Both the position numbers and the translations under genes were made by a program. A stretch of 64,000 nt of DNA from assembly GCA_035938395.1 (NCBI GenBank), contig DASZGY010000021.1, forward strand, positions 1,262-65,261. Direction: 5' to 3'. The notes beneath the pieces were generated by a model that worked only from the letters and a program-made list of their open reading frames with translations, made no database searches and was not told where the DNA came from. Below are positions 9,252 to 19,037 of the stretch, one piece after another (position 1 is the stretch's first letter; every line of letters begins with the position of its first letter). The stretch comes from Acidimicrobiia bacterium (GTDB lineage Bacteria; Actinomycetota; Acidimicrobiia; IMCC26256; JACDBD01).

Positions 9252-10313
9252 TCAGGTCCGCATACCGGCCTCGAGGCCGCCGAGAACGGACTGAACGTCG
9301 TCGCGTTCGAGCTTCTTCAGCGCTGAGGCTCGCGCCTGCTGCGTGACGGGGCCGCGGCGGGCCGGGTCCATGGCGTTCATCCCCATCACCTTGAGGTCGT
9401 CGCCGGTGGGTTGGAAGGCGAGGACGGGCACGCCGCGGCGCCGGATACGCGCCGCCTCTTGACCCAGATAGAACCGGCACAGGCGCCGCGCCGGCAGGTC
9501 GAGCGAGGGGCGGAGCCGGTTGCCCGCCACCGACATCGGCGAGCTCACGACGACGAGGTCCAGCTCGTGGTCCGCGGAGCCGGCGGCTTTGCCGACCGGC
9601 GTAGCAGGGGCCGGAGCTTGCGACGGCGACCGGTAGTCAACGAGCAGGTCGGCGTTGGTAGGCGAGTGCGCGCCCCCGTCGACGAACGCGACGCCGCCGA
9701 TCGTCACCGGCTCGAAGAAGCTCGGGATCGCGCACGACGCCGCCACCGCGTCGGCGACCGGCGCGGGTGGCGCACCGGGGCGACCGAACACGACGCGGTT
9801 GCCATCCCGAAGACGAACCGCGGTCAGCCACAGGTTCTGTTCGGGCCAATCGGACCCGAACAGCGGGCGAAACGGGGAGGCGACGAGCTCGGTCGGCACC
9901 GCGCCGGCGGGGAGCGCGCCGGCCAGCATCACGCCGGGCCGGTTCATCCAGAACGGTCGCAGCGCCGCCCGCATGATCAGCGACGGAGACGCCATGCGCG
10001 GGAGGCCACGCCGACGGGTCGGCCCGGTCGGAAAGCGCGCTGGTCCGCCACCCATGCCGGCGCGGGCCGCGAGCTGGCCCCCTTCCGGTGAGACGGGATC
10101 GCCGGTCGAACGTGCCGCGAGATCCCGGGCCGAGAAGCCGGCCCGCAGCAGCGCGCCGACGACCGAGCCTGCCGACGTCCCCACGATCACCTCGGCATCG
10201 CGCGGGTCCCAACCCGTTGCGTCGCACAGAGCGTCGAGCACGCCGGCGTGGAAGGCGTGGCCGATCACGCCGCCGGCGCCCAGGACCAGCCCGATGCGGG
10301 GGGCTCTCGTCAC
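9252..10313 (-). CDS. Patatin-like phospholipase
   Basis: GLVLGAGGVIGHAF (GxGxxG), GTSAG (GxSxG nucleophile) and FVDGGAHS (catalytic Asp). Start chosen at GTG 10313 (VTRAPRIGLV). The track ORF extends to 10583, but that extension is low-complexity. Confidence 0.8.
   Translation of the reverse strand: MTRAPRIGLVLGAGGVIGHAFHAGVLDALCDATGWDPRDAEVIVGTSAGSVVGALLRAGFSARDLAARSTGDPVSPEGGQLAARAGMGGGPARFPTGPTRRRGLPRMASPSLIMRAALRPFWMNRPGVMLAGALPAGAVPTELVASPFRPLFGSDWPEQNLWLTAVRLRDGNRVVFGRPGAPPAPVADAVAASCAIPSFFEPVTIGGVAFVDGGAHSPTNADLLVDYRSPSQAPAPATPVGKAAGSADHELDLVVVSSPMSVAGNRLRPSLDLPARRLCRFYLGQEAARIRRRGVPVLAFQPTGDDLKVMGMNAMDPARRGPVTQQARASALKKLERDDVQSVLGGLEAGMRT
9574..9630 (+). repeat. Copy F of the dispersed hairpin+box element, antisense inside the patatin CDS
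   Basis: gcggaGCCGGCGGCtttGCCGaCCGGCgtagcagggGCCGGAGCTTGCGACGGCGAC. The hairpin GCCGG-CGGC/GCCG-CCGGC and the box match the other six copies. Confidence 0.85.
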
Positions 10314-10416
10314 GAGGCCGGATGGTACCTCCCGATCCCGGCTAACCTCATTGGCCCCTCGAACCACTCGAGTGACTTTCGCAACTTTTCTCTCAAGGCA
10401 GGCCGATCGCAGACCG

Positions 10417-11037
10417 ATGACTCGTCTCGTGCGCCCCTCTCGCCGCCTCGCCCCGTTCGCCCTGGTGGCGGTGCTGGCCCTCGCCGCCGTCGGCTGCTTC
10501 GGCCCGTCGGGCGGCGCCCCGGTCCCGGTGATGGGGCAGTCGGACCTCACCGCCGAGCAGATGGCCGCGTACTTCTGGGCCAATCAGCCGCCCGGGTCGC
10601 CGTGCCTGACCGTGTCGGTGGAGGAATTGACCGCGGACTTCCAGTGGCACGGCAATGCCGAGAACGTCCGCGGCGACATCGCGTTCGCGCAGTCGATCAT
10701 CGAGACCGGGTGGTTTCGCTACGGCGGTTCGGTGCAATGCGAGCAGAACAACTACGGCGGCTTCCTCGGGCAGTCCTTCCCCGACGCGGAGACCGGCGTG
10801 CGGGCCCAGATCCAGCACCTACGCGCGTACGCCGACCCGTCCGCGACGAGTTGCTCGCAGCCGCCGTTGGCGACGCCGTGCGCCGATCCCGTCTTCAGCT
10901 CGGTGAACCCCAAGGGCAAGGCGCCGAACTGGAACGACATGGGGAACGGCAACTGGGCGGAGGCGTCCGACTACGCCGGCAAGGTGCTCACCGTCTACAA
11001 CGACATGCGCGCGTCCGCCGGTCTGCCCGGCGTCTGA
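10417..11037 (+). CDS. Secreted lipoprotein with glucosaminidase-like (cell-wall hydrolase) domain
   Basis: Signal peptide with lipobox LAAVGC. FAQSIIETGWFRYGG...NNYGGF resembles the N-acetylglucosaminidase domain. Only the last 206 codons of track ORF 9655..11037 are taken as real. Confidence 0.55.
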   Translation: MTRLVRPSRRLAPFALVAVLALAAVGCFGPSGGAPVPVMGQSDLTAEQMAAYFWANQPPGSPCLTVSVEELTADFQWHGNAENVRGDIAFAQSIIETGWFRYGGSVQCEQNNYGGFLGQSFPDAETGVRAQIQHLRAYADPSATSCSQPPLATPCADPVFSSVNPKGKAPNWNDMGNGNWAEASDYAGKVLTVYNDMRASAGLPGV

Positions 11038-11047
11038 CGCACCGCTC

Positions 11048-11824
11048 TTAGACCGGCCGGAGCGTCACCCGTACCGGTCGGTGGTCCGAACCGACTTCGT
11101 CCAGCACCGCAGCATCCACCACCTCGACGTCGCGGCGCACGAGCACGTGGTCGATCTGGCTGTGCGGTCGGTGCGCGGGCCATGTCCGCCCTCGGACCGC
11201 CCGGCGCCAACCGGGAAGCAGCGCGCTCACCGCCGGGCCCCACAGGTTGAAGTCGCCGACGATCACGGCGCGATGGTCCGGCGGCGGAAGCCGCCGCCGG
11301 AGATTGCGCAGTTGCATAGGGGGCGCGTACGGCAATCGCGAGCTGAGGTGCACGGCGATGAGGTCGACGTCCTGTCCGCCGACGTCGAGCGCCACGCGCA
11401 ACGCGGAGCGGCGCACCGCCGGATCGCCCGGCACGTCGCCCACCGGGATGATCTCGACGAGCCGCGCCGGCAGGCGGCTCACGACGGCGAGGCCGATCCG
11501 GCCGTTCGCCCGGTGCGGCCGGGCCGAGATGATGTGGGGCCACGGCTCGACGATCCCGCGCCCGAATGACGCCCAGTGCACCGTCGCGCCGCTGTCGGTT
11601 GCCATCAGGTCGACGGCGGCATCGCCGTCGTCGGGCCACCACCCTTCCTGCAGGACGAGCACGTCGGCATCGAACGAGCGCAGGGCCCCGGCCACGTCGT
11701 ACGCCCCGTTGGACGTCGCCTTCTCGGGCGGAGGTGGGGCGGGGTGGCGCAAGCGCGGCGTCGAGATGCGCCGGCTGCTCTGCCCCCCATGGAGGTTCAG
11801 CGTGACGATGGAGAGCTCGCTCAT
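11048..11824 (-). CDS. Endonuclease/exonuclease/phosphatase (EEP) family protein
   Basis: N-terminal IVTLNLHGG and C-terminal GSDHRPVRVTL are typical EEP motifs. Confidence 0.8.
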   Translation of the reverse strand: MSELSIVTLNLHGGQSSRRISTPRLRHPAPPPPEKATSNGAYDVAGALRSFDADVLVLQEGWWPDDGDAAVDLMATDSGATVHWASFGRGIVEPWPHIISARPHRANGRIGLAVVSRLPARLVEIIPVGDVPGDPAVRRSALRVALDVGGQDVDLIAVHLSSRLPYAPPMQLRNLRRRLPPPDHRAVIVGDFNLWGPAVSALLPGWRRAVRGRTWPAHRPHSQIDHVLVRRDVEVVDAAVLDEVGSDHRPVRVTLRPV

Positions 11825-11911
11825 GAATCAACAGCTTGACACTCGATCTGCGCTTTTCGGACCCACCTGCATAGGCTCGAATCCCCTACCGGTTGTGACA
11901 CGGAGGACGGC

Positions 11912-12733
11912 ATGGCTGATCTGGCCGCAACGTCCGGCATCGACGAGGCGTTCGACTTGTCGGGCCGGGTCGCAGTGCTCACCGGCGCCGCCAGCGGCAT
12001 CGGCCGGTCGACCGCCCACGTGCTGGCAGGCGCGGGGGCGACCGTCGTGCTCGGCGACATCGACGAGAAGGGCGCGCAGGCGACCGCGGACGAGATCGGG
12101 TCGCGGGGCGGGGTGGCGCTGCCGCTGCGCACGGACGTCACGAAGCGGTCCGACATCGACGCACTCGTCGACCGGGCCGTCGGCGACTACGGCCGCGTCG
12201 ACATCATGGGCAACATCGCGGGGATCCCCCACAACCAGATGGTCGCCGACGTGACCGACGAGGAGTTCGAGCGCATCCTCGCCATCAATCTCAAGAGCGT
12301 GTTCTACGGCTGCCAGGCCGCGCTGCGCGTGATGACACCGCAGAAGTCGGGGAGCATCGTCAACATCTCGTCCGGCGCCATCGACACGCCCGCGCCCACG
12401 CTGGCGTGCTACGCGATGACGAAGGCCGCCGTCGCCATGCTCACGAAGACGCTGGCGATGGAAGCCGGCCAGGCCGGCATCCGCGTGAACGCGCTCGCGC
12501 CCGGCGTGATCCTCACGAACTTCTCGCGCCAGCACTTCGTCGACGCCGACGGCACGGTCAACGAGGAACGCCTCCAGCAGTACAAGCAACGTTTCGGCGC
12601 GATGTCGCCGTTGGGACGGATCGGCACGCCCGAGGACATCGCGTGGACGATCCTCTACCTGGTGTCGGACGCGGCGTCGTTCGTGACGGGCCAGACCATC
12701 CGGCCCAACGGCGGCGTCTCGATGCCCTGGTAA
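11912..12733 (+). CDS. SDR family oxidoreductase (FabG-like)
   Basis: VAVLTGAASGIGRSTA, NIAG, and YAMTKAAV (YxxxK). Confidence 0.85.
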   Translation: MADLAATSGIDEAFDLSGRVAVLTGAASGIGRSTAHVLAGAGATVVLGDIDEKGAQATADEIGSRGGVALPLRTDVTKRSDIDALVDRAVGDYGRVDIMGNIAGIPHNQMVADVTDEEFERILAINLKSVFYGCQAALRVMTPQKSGSIVNISSGAIDTPAPTLACYAMTKAAVAMLTKTLAMEAGQAGIRVNALAPGVILTNFSRQHFVDADGTVNEERLQQYKQRFGAMSPLGRIGTPEDIAWTILYLVSDAASFVTGQTIRPNGGVSMPW

Positions 12734-14323
12734 CTACCGGGAGATCACGGCGACGAACCGTCGCCGTCCGTCTGCCGCCAACGCCGCCCGCGCCGCGTTG
12801 GCGCCGCACGCCCCGTGCACGCCGCCACCGGGATGCGCGGACGCCGACGCGAGGTACAGCCCGCGGATAGGAGTCTCGGCCCGCCCCAGCCCGACGATCG
12901 GTCGGAAGATCAGCTGCTGGTGCAGCTGTGCCGTTCCTCCGTTGACGGCCCCGCCGACGAGGTTCGCGTCGGCTGCTTCGAGCATCGGCGGCGTGAGGAC
13001 GTTGCGGCCGACGACCCGGGCGGTGAAACCAGGCGCGCGCGCCTCGAGCTCGCGCTCGACGCGGGCGACGAACCGCTCGGTCTCGCGCTCGTCCCACTTG
13101 CCCGAGAGGTCGCCGCCGGCGTCCCCGAGCGGCCGGTGCGGCACGTGCGTGTAGCCCCAGACGCTCTCGGTTCCCGGTGGCGATCGGGTCGGATCGCTCG
13201 TCGTCATCTGCCCGACGAGCACGAACGGCTTCGCCGGGATGCGCCCGGTCGCGAGCTGTGCCGCCACCTCGCTGAGGTGGTCGAGCGAATCGCCGAGGTG
13301 CACCGTCCCGGCACGGCGAGCGGGCTCGGCGGACCACGGCACCGGGCCGTCGAGCGCCCAGTCGATCTTCACCGTCGCGTGGTCGTACGCGAACCCACGC
13401 ATGCCCTCGAGCACGCGGGCCGGGAGGTGCTCCGGACGCACGAGCGAGCCGTAGAGCGCGGGCGCGCCCACGTCGGCGAGCACGGCGCGCGCCACGCCGA
13501 TCTCGTCTCCGTGCTCGGTGCGCACTGCCACCGCGCGCCGGCCTCGCACCTCGATCGAGGTGACGGCGGTCGAGCAGACGACGCGCCCTCCGCGCGCCTC
13601 GAGCCGGCGGACGAGTGCTTCGGTGAGGCGGCCGGCGCCACCCTCGGGGACGGGGAAGCCGTGCTCCTGGCCCAGCGACGCCAGCACCCAGCCGAAGAAC
13701 CCGCCGAGTGTCTGCTCGGGCCCGAGGTCGGTGTGCAGCGTGTTGCCGGCGAGGAGCAACGCGCCCCCCGAGCCGGCGAACGTCTCCTCGGCCATGGTGC
13801 GGACGGGAAGCAACGCGAACCGCGCAAAGCTGGCCCAGTCGCGCGGCCCGACCGCGGCGGCGAGGCGACCGCCGGCGACGACGGGCGGGAACGGCGTCAG
13901 CAGCGCCTCGACGAGGTGCCGCCCGACCCGCTGCCACCGTGCGTACAGCGCGCGCCAGGCGGCGCCGTCGCCGGGTGCGTAGTTGTCGAGCGATGCCGCT
14001 GTCTCGTCGACGTCGGTCGAGAGGACTGCGCATCCGCCGTCGGGTGTCGGGTTCGCGAGCGCGATCGGCGCGTGGCGCCACCGGAGCCCGAACTCCTCGA
14101 GCCCGAGGCCTCGGATGACGGGCGACGCCGCCGCCAAGGGGTAGAACGCGCTGAACCGGTCGTGCACGAAGCCCGGCTCGGTGAGCTCGCCGCTGCGTAC
14201 GGCGCCGCCCGGGTCGGGCTGGGCCTCGAGCACGAGCACCTCCCAGCCGTGGTCGGCGAGCAGGTTGGCGCCGACGAGGCCGTTCGGCCCGCTCCCGATG
14301 ACGATGGCGTCAGGAGTGGTCAC
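12734..14323 (-). CDS. FAD-dependent oxidoreductase, phytoene-desaturase/amine-oxidase family
   Basis: DAIVIGSGPNGLVGANLLADHGWEVLVLE dinucleotide-binding motif. Start at GTG 14323, overlapping the stop of the upstream small gene (GTGA). Confidence 0.8.
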   Translation of the reverse strand: MTTPDAIVIGSGPNGLVGANLLADHGWEVLVLEAQPDPGGAVRSGELTEPGFVHDRFSAFYPLAAASPVIRGLGLEEFGLRWRHAPIALANPTPDGGCAVLSTDVDETAASLDNYAPGDGAAWRALYARWQRVGRHLVEALLTPFPPVVAGGRLAAAVGPRDWASFARFALLPVRTMAEETFAGSGGALLLAGNTLHTDLGPEQTLGGFFGWVLASLGQEHGFPVPEGGAGRLTEALVRRLEARGGRVVCSTAVTSIEVRGRRAVAVRTEHGDEIGVARAVLADVGAPALYGSLVRPEHLPARVLEGMRGFAYDHATVKIDWALDGPVPWSAEPARRAGTVHLGDSLDHLSEVAAQLATGRIPAKPFVLVGQMTTSDPTRSPPGTESVWGYTHVPHRPLGDAGGDLSGKWDERETERFVARVERELEARAPGFTARVVGRNVLTPPMLEAADANLVGGAVNGGTAQLHQQLIFRPIVGLGRAETPIRGLYLASASAHPGGGVHGACGANAARAALAADGRRRFVAVISR

Positions 14324-14673
14324 CGCGCCTCCCGTCCGGCCTGGCGGCGGCGCGCGTCCTCGAGACGCTCGAGTACCTCGGCGTCGACCGCCGCCGCCTC
14401 GGGGCCGTAGCCGAGCACCGCAGTGCCTTTCGCGCTGCAGTGCGGGCATGCCAGGCCGACCACCGCGAGCATGTCGTCAGGGTCGGACGCTCCCTCGAGC
14501 CGCCGCAGCTGCCGGAACACCGTCTCGTCGGCGGGGGAGAGCCGGTGGCAGGTGATGCACTCGACCTGACCGCCCTCACGCGGCATGAACTGGCCGGTGA
14601 AGCCGAGCGACTCGAGCTCGCCGAGTACGTCGAGGATCGTCTCGTCCTCGCCTTCGCCGGGCACGTACTCCAT
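14320..14673 (-). CDS. Small acidic protein with two CxxC pairs (putative zinc ribbon), function unknown
   Basis: MEYVPGEGEDE...ECITCH...LACPHCSAKG. ATG 14673 is preceded by GGAAGGG with a 5-nt spacer. Its stop overlaps the start of the downstream oxidoreductase. Confidence 0.55.
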   Translation of the reverse strand: MEYVPGEGEDETILDVLGELESLGFTGQFMPREGGQVECITCHRLSPADETVFRQLRRLEGASDPDDMLAVVGLACPHCSAKGTAVLGYGPEAAAVDAEVLERLEDARRRQAGREAR

Positions 14674-14686
14674 CAAAGCCCTTCCT

Positions 14687-14742
14687 GTCGCCGTCGCGAG
14701 CTCCGGCTTCGCGGCGACGGTCGGCGAAGCCGCCGCCGCGCG
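14687..14742 (-). repeat. Copy 1 of the hairpin+box element (5' leader of the Cys4 small-protein gene)
   Basis: Minus-strand read: cgcGCGGCGGCGGCttcGCCGaCCGTCGCCGCgaaGCCGGAGCTCGCGACGGCGAC, then aGGAAGGGctttgATG. TACGTT (-10-like) lies at 14748..14743, directly upstream. Confidence 0.9.
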
Positions 14743-14933
14743 AACGTACCCGCGTCGTGCGGAACCACGCTCCGCCACCGTTTGGGCCTCTGACCTGGTA
14801 CAATGAGGAAGGCGAGCACGAAGCCACCACAACGGCACGGCTCGCGGGTCACCTCATCGCTTCCGTTCGCGGCTCGCGCACGGGTTCCGAGGGGACCCAC
14901 CGCCGCAGAATGCGGCGGGCGCTACCAATACCA

Positions 14934-16136
14934 ATGAGCCCGAAGAGAACGAAAGCGAGTTCCCCCTTGTCACCCACGTTCGAAACACTCGGCGTTGCCG
15001 CCGATTTCGTCGACGCGCTCGCGCGCGACGGCATCACCGAACCGTTCCCGATCCAAGCGCTGACGATCCCCGATGCCCTGGCCGGCCGCGACCTCTGCGG
15101 CAAGGCCAAGACCGGCTCGGGCAAGACGCTCGCGTTCGGACTTCCGCTACTCGAGCGAATCGGGCGGGCGGAGCCGAAGACGCCGCGGGCGCTCGTGCTC
15201 ACGCCGACCCGTGAGCTCGCCAACCAGGTCAAGAACGTGCTCGCGCCCCTGGGCAAGGTGCGCGGCGTACGAGTCTCGGCCGTCTACGGCGGCGCCTCGA
15301 TGGAGCGGCAGATCACCGCCCTCCGCAAGGGCGTCGATGCCGTGGTCGGCACGCCCGGCCGCCTCATCGACCTCCTCGAACGACGCGAGCTGTCGTTGCG
15401 CGCCGTCGAGATCCTCGTCGTCGACGAGGCCGACCGGATGGCCGACCTGGGCTTCATGCCCCAGGTGCAGAAGCTGCTGCACCGCATCGAATCCGACCAT
15501 CAGACGATGCTGTTCTCGGCCACCCTCGACGGCGGCGTGCGACAGCTCGTCAACCGCTACATGCACGATCCCGTCAAGCACGAGGTCGAATCGCCCGAAG
15601 CGACGGTCGACGAGATGACGCACCGGTTCCTGCACGTCCACCAGATGGACAAGGTGAAGGTCGCCGCCGCCATCAGCCGCGGCGTGGAGCGCACGCTCGT
15701 CTTCGTGCGGACCAAGCGCGGCGCCGACCGGCTCGTGAGCCAGTTTCGCCGTGAGGGCGTGCGCGCCGGGGCAATCCACGGCGATCTCCGGCAGGGCGCG
15801 CGCGAGCGGGCCCTGGCCGACTTCTCCAGCGGCAAGCTTCCTGTGCTCGTTGCCACCGACGTCGCCGCGCGCGGCATTCACGTCGACAACGTCGACGTCG
15901 TCGTGCACTACGACCCGGCCGAAGACGAGAAGGCGTACCTGCACCGCTCGGGTCGTACGGCGCGTGCCGGCGAGGCCGGCGTCGCGGTGACGCTCATGCT
16001 CTGGAACCAGGAGAACTTCGTGCGCGTCGTCCAGCGCCGCCTCGGTCTCGACGAGCCCATCGTCGAGGTGTTCTCGAACGACCCTCGCCTCGCCGATCTC
16101 GGATCGTTCGAGACCGCGGGCTCGGCCGTCGCCTGA
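14934..16136 (+). CDS. DEAD-box ATP-dependent RNA helicase
   Basis: [11 protein letters not shown] (Walker A), VVDEADRM (DEAD), SAT, and [10 protein letters not shown]. Start at ATG 14934 (alternative 14910). Confidence 0.85.
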   Translation: MSPKRTKASSPLSPTFETLGVAADFVDALARDGITEPFPIQALTIPDALAGRDLCGKAKTGSGKTLAFGLPLLERIGRAEPKTPRALVLTPTRELANQVKNVLAPLGKVRGVRVSAVYGGASMERQITALRKGVDAVVGTPGRLIDLLERRELSLRAVEILVVDEADRMADLGFMPQVQKLLHRIESDHQTMLFSATLDGGVRQLVNRYMHDPVKHEVESPEATVDEMTHRFLHVHQMDKVKVAAAISRGVERTLVFVRTKRGADRLVSQFRREGVRAGAIHGDLRQGARERALADFSSGKLPVLVATDVAARGIHVDNVDVVVHYDPAEDEKAYLHRSGRTARAGEAGVAVTLMLWNQENFVRVVQRRLGLDEPIVEVFSNDPRLADLGSFETAGSAVA

Positions 16137-16212
16137 CGGTTCGCCCGGGCACAGGCTGGGTGCTGCACACAAAGCCCGCCCCGCCGCCGCGGGCGCGTGG
16201 CACGATGGCGGC

Positions 16213-17403
16213 ATGACGCGCATCTCGCGCCGGGCGACCGCGATCACCGAATCGGCCACGCTGGCCGTCGACGCCCGCGCCAAGGCGCTGCACGCCGCCG
16301 GCGAGGACGTGATCGGCTTCGGTGCCGGCGAGCCCGACTACCCGACGCCCGAGCACATCGTCGTAGCTGCCGTCGAGGCGTCGCGTGATCCCCGCAACCA
16401 CCGGTACTCACCGACCGCCGGGCTTCCCGAGCTTCGCCTCGCCATCGCCGAGAAGACCCGCCGCGAGTCGGGGGTGGACTGCGAGGCGTCGCAGGTGCTC
16501 GTCACCAACGGGGCCAAACATGCGGTCTACGAGGCGCTGCAGACGATCGTCGACCCCGGCGACGAGGTGTTGCTCCCGGCGCCGTACTGGACGACGTACC
16601 CGGAGGCGATCTCGCTCGCCGGCGGTGAGTCGGTCGTGGTGCCGACCACGGAGGAGACCGAGTTCCGGGTGTCGGTCGACCAGCTCGACGCCGCCCGCAC
16701 TCCGCGCACGAAGGCGCTGTTCTTCGTATCGCCCGGCAACCCGAGTGGCACCGTGTACCCACCCGCCGAGGTGAAGGCGATCGGACGGTGGGCGCTCGAG
16801 AACGGCGTCTGGGTGATCGCCGACGAGATCTACGAGCACCTGACGTACGGCAAGCACCGATTCACGTCGATGCCCGGAGTCGTTCCCGAAGTCTCGGACA
16901 GCACGCTCATCGTCAACGGGGTCGCCAAGACGTACGCCATGACCGGATGGCGGGTCGGATGGATCATTGGTCCTCCCGACGTGATGAAGGCGGCCATCAA
17001 CCTCCAGTCGCATTCGACGTCCAACGTCGGCAACGTGTCGCAGCGGGCCGCGATTGCGGCCCTGACGGGCGATCTCGAGGCGGTCGCGGCGATGCGCGCC
17101 GCGTACGAGCGGCGCGGTCGTCGCATGCAGGAGCTGCTGTCGGCGATCCCCGGCGTGACCTGCATCGAGCCGCAGGGTGCCTTCTATTGCTTCCCGTCCT
17201 TTCAGGGCGTGCTTGGGCGCGAGATCGCGGGGAAGACGCCGCGCAACACGATGGAGCTCGCCGCGCTGCTGCTGGACGAGGCCAAGGTCGCAGTCGTCCC
17301 CGGCGAGGCGTTCGGCGCCCCCGGGTACGCGCGCCTCACGTTCGCGGTGTCGGACCAGAACATCGAGGAAGGCGTGCAGCGGATCGCCAAGCTCCTCGCC
17401 TGA
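16213..17403 (+). CDS. Pyridoxal-phosphate-dependent aminotransferase (aspartate aminotransferase class I)
   Basis: [10 protein letters not shown], and [16 protein letters not shown] (PLP lysine context). 396 aa. Confidence 0.85.
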   Translation: MTRISRRATAITESATLAVDARAKALHAAGEDVIGFGAGEPDYPTPEHIVVAAVEASRDPRNHRYSPTAGLPELRLAIAEKTRRESGVDCEASQVLVTNGAKHAVYEALQTIVDPGDEVLLPAPYWTTYPEAISLAGGESVVVPTTEETEFRVSVDQLDAARTPRTKALFFVSPGNPSGTVYPPAEVKAIGRWALENGVWVIADEIYEHLTYGKHRFTSMPGVVPEVSDSTLIVNGVAKTYAMTGWRVGWIIGPPDVMKAAINLQSHSTSNVGNVSQRAAIAALTGDLEAVAAMRAAYERRGRRMQELLSAIPGVTCIEPQGAFYCFPSFQGVLGREIAGKTPRNTMELAALLLDEAKVAVVPGEAFGAPGYARLTFAVSDQNIEEGVQRIAKLLA

Positions 17404-17419
17404 CAAGGAGAAAGCACTG

Positions 17420-19006
17420 GTGTCCTCCCGCGTCCTCGTGGCCGAGAAGATCGCACCGCGCGGGATCGAAGCGCTCACGGCGGCTGGTCTCGACGTCGAC
17501 GAGCGCCTCGACCTCGACCCCGACCAGCTGCTCGCGGCCGTGCATGACGCGGCCGCGCTGATCGTTCGCAGCGCGACGCCGGTGACGGCCGAGGTGCTCG
17601 CGGCCGCTCCCGACCTGGTCGTCGTGGGACGGGCCGGCATCGGTCTCGACAACGTGGACGTCGCCGCGGCGACGCGCCGGGGCGTGATGGTCGTGAACGC
17701 GCCGCAGTCGAACGTCCTGTCGGCCGCCGAGCACACGATCGCGCTCCTGCTGGCCCAAGCCCGCAACGTCCCCCAGGCCGACCGGGACCTGCGTAGCGGT
17801 AGCTGGAACCGGTCCCGCTGGGAGGGAGTCGAGCTGTACGGCAAGACGCTCGGTGTCGTCGGACTCGGCCGGGTCGGTGTGCTCGTGGCGCAGCGGGCGC
17901 ATGCCTTCGGCATGCGGCTCGCCGCGTACGACCCGTACGTGAGCGACGAGCGCGCCCGCCAGCTGGGCATTCAGCTGCTGCCGACGCTCGAGGATCTCGT
18001 CGCAATGGCCGATTTCCTCACCGTGCACTCTCCCCGAACGCCCGAGACGATCGGCCTCATCGGCCGCGACGTCCTCGCCAAGGCGAAGCCGACGTTGCGT
18101 ATCGTGAACACGGCGCGGGGCGGCATTGTCGACGAGGAGGCGCTCGACGAGGCGCTGCGCGAGGAGCGGATCGCGGGGGCCGCGCTCGACGTGTTCGACG
18201 AGGAGCCCACCACCGAGTCACCGCTCTTCACGCTGGAGAACGTCGTCGTGACGCCGCACCTCGGCGCGTCGACGACGGAGGCGCAGGACAAGGCGGGGCA
18301 GACCATCGCCGAGCAGGTGGTGCTGGCACTGCGCGGCGACTTCGTGCCCTACGCCGTGAACGTCGCCGCCAGCGAGGCGTCCGAGACGGTGCGGCCGTTC
18401 CTTCCGCTCGCCGAACGGCTCGGCACTCTGTTCACGGCGCTCGCCGGTGCCGTGCCCGACACGCTCGAGGTCACCTACGAGGGCGAGATCGCCGACTACG
18501 ACTGCCGGGTGTTGACGCTCGCGATCACGCGTGGGGTGCTCGCGCCGGTGGTCGACGAGCCGGTGTCGTTCGTGAACGCGCCCCAGCTCGCCCAGATGCG
18601 GGGCCTCGACATTCGGGAGACGAAGACGTCGTCAACTCGCGACTACGTGAACCTCGTGTCGCTCCGGGGCAGGGTGAGCGGCCGGCCCGTGCACGTCGCC
18701 GGCACGCTCACCGGCGAGCGCGGTGAGGCGAGGATCGTCGGCATCGACGACCACAGCATCGAGGTGCCGCCGTCGAGCCACATGCTCGTCGTCCGCAACG
18801 ACGACGTCCCGGGCATCATCGGCCGGGTCGGGACCATCCTCGGCGCGGCCGAGGTCAACATCGAGGACATGCGGGTGGGCAAGAGCCCGTCCGGCGAAGC
18901 CGCCCTCATGGCCTTGACCACCTCGACGCCGGTGCCGCCCGACGTGGTCGACGCGCTGCGCGCCGAGGGCGGCGTCGCCGACGCCAAGGCGATCGAGCTG
19001 GACTAG
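17420..19006 (+). CDS. serA: D-3-phosphoglycerate dehydrogenase
   Basis: GRAGIGLDNVD, an NAD-binding GLGRVG motif, and a C-terminal ACT-like domain. GTG 17420 is preceded by AAGGAG. 528 aa. Confidence 0.9.
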   Translation: MSSRVLVAEKIAPRGIEALTAAGLDVDERLDLDPDQLLAAVHDAAALIVRSATPVTAEVLAAAPDLVVVGRAGIGLDNVDVAAATRRGVMVVNAPQSNVLSAAEHTIALLLAQARNVPQADRDLRSGSWNRSRWEGVELYGKTLGVVGLGRVGVLVAQRAHAFGMRLAAYDPYVSDERARQLGIQLLPTLEDLVAMADFLTVHSPRTPETIGLIGRDVLAKAKPTLRIVNTARGGIVDEEALDEALREERIAGAALDVFDEEPTTESPLFTLENVVVTPHLGASTTEAQDKAGQTIAEQVVLALRGDFVPYAVNVAASEASETVRPFLPLAERLGTLFTALAGAVPDTLEVTYEGEIADYDCRVLTLAITRGVLAPVVDEPVSFVNAPQLAQMRGLDIRETKTSSTRDYVNLVSLRGRVSGRPVHVAGTLTGERGEARIVGIDDHSIEVPPSSHMLVVRNDDVPGIIGRVGTILGAAEVNIEDMRVGKSPSGEAALMALTTSTPVPPDVVDALRAEGGVADAKAIELD

Positions 19007-19016
19007 GCCGACGAGC

Positions 19017-19037
19017 GGGCGGGCGTGGCGCCCGCCC
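19017..19037 (+). terminator. GC hairpin after serA (possible terminator without a strong U tract)
   Basis: GGGCGGGCG-tgg-CGCCCGCCC, a perfect 9-bp stem 11 nt after the serA stop. Confidence 0.45.

Noticed and set aside
10314-10416. Possible c-di-AMP (ydaO-type) riboswitch upstream of the cell-wall hydrolase-like lipoprotein.
   Set aside because: The 103-nt gap is too short, and I could not see the pseudo-twofold conserved ACGGGG / CCGA-type cores.
9655-11037. 460-aa ORF overlapping the patatin gene.
   Set aside because: The first 254 codons are the antisense shadow of the patatin gene. A signal peptide and lipobox begin at ATG 10417, which I take as the real start.
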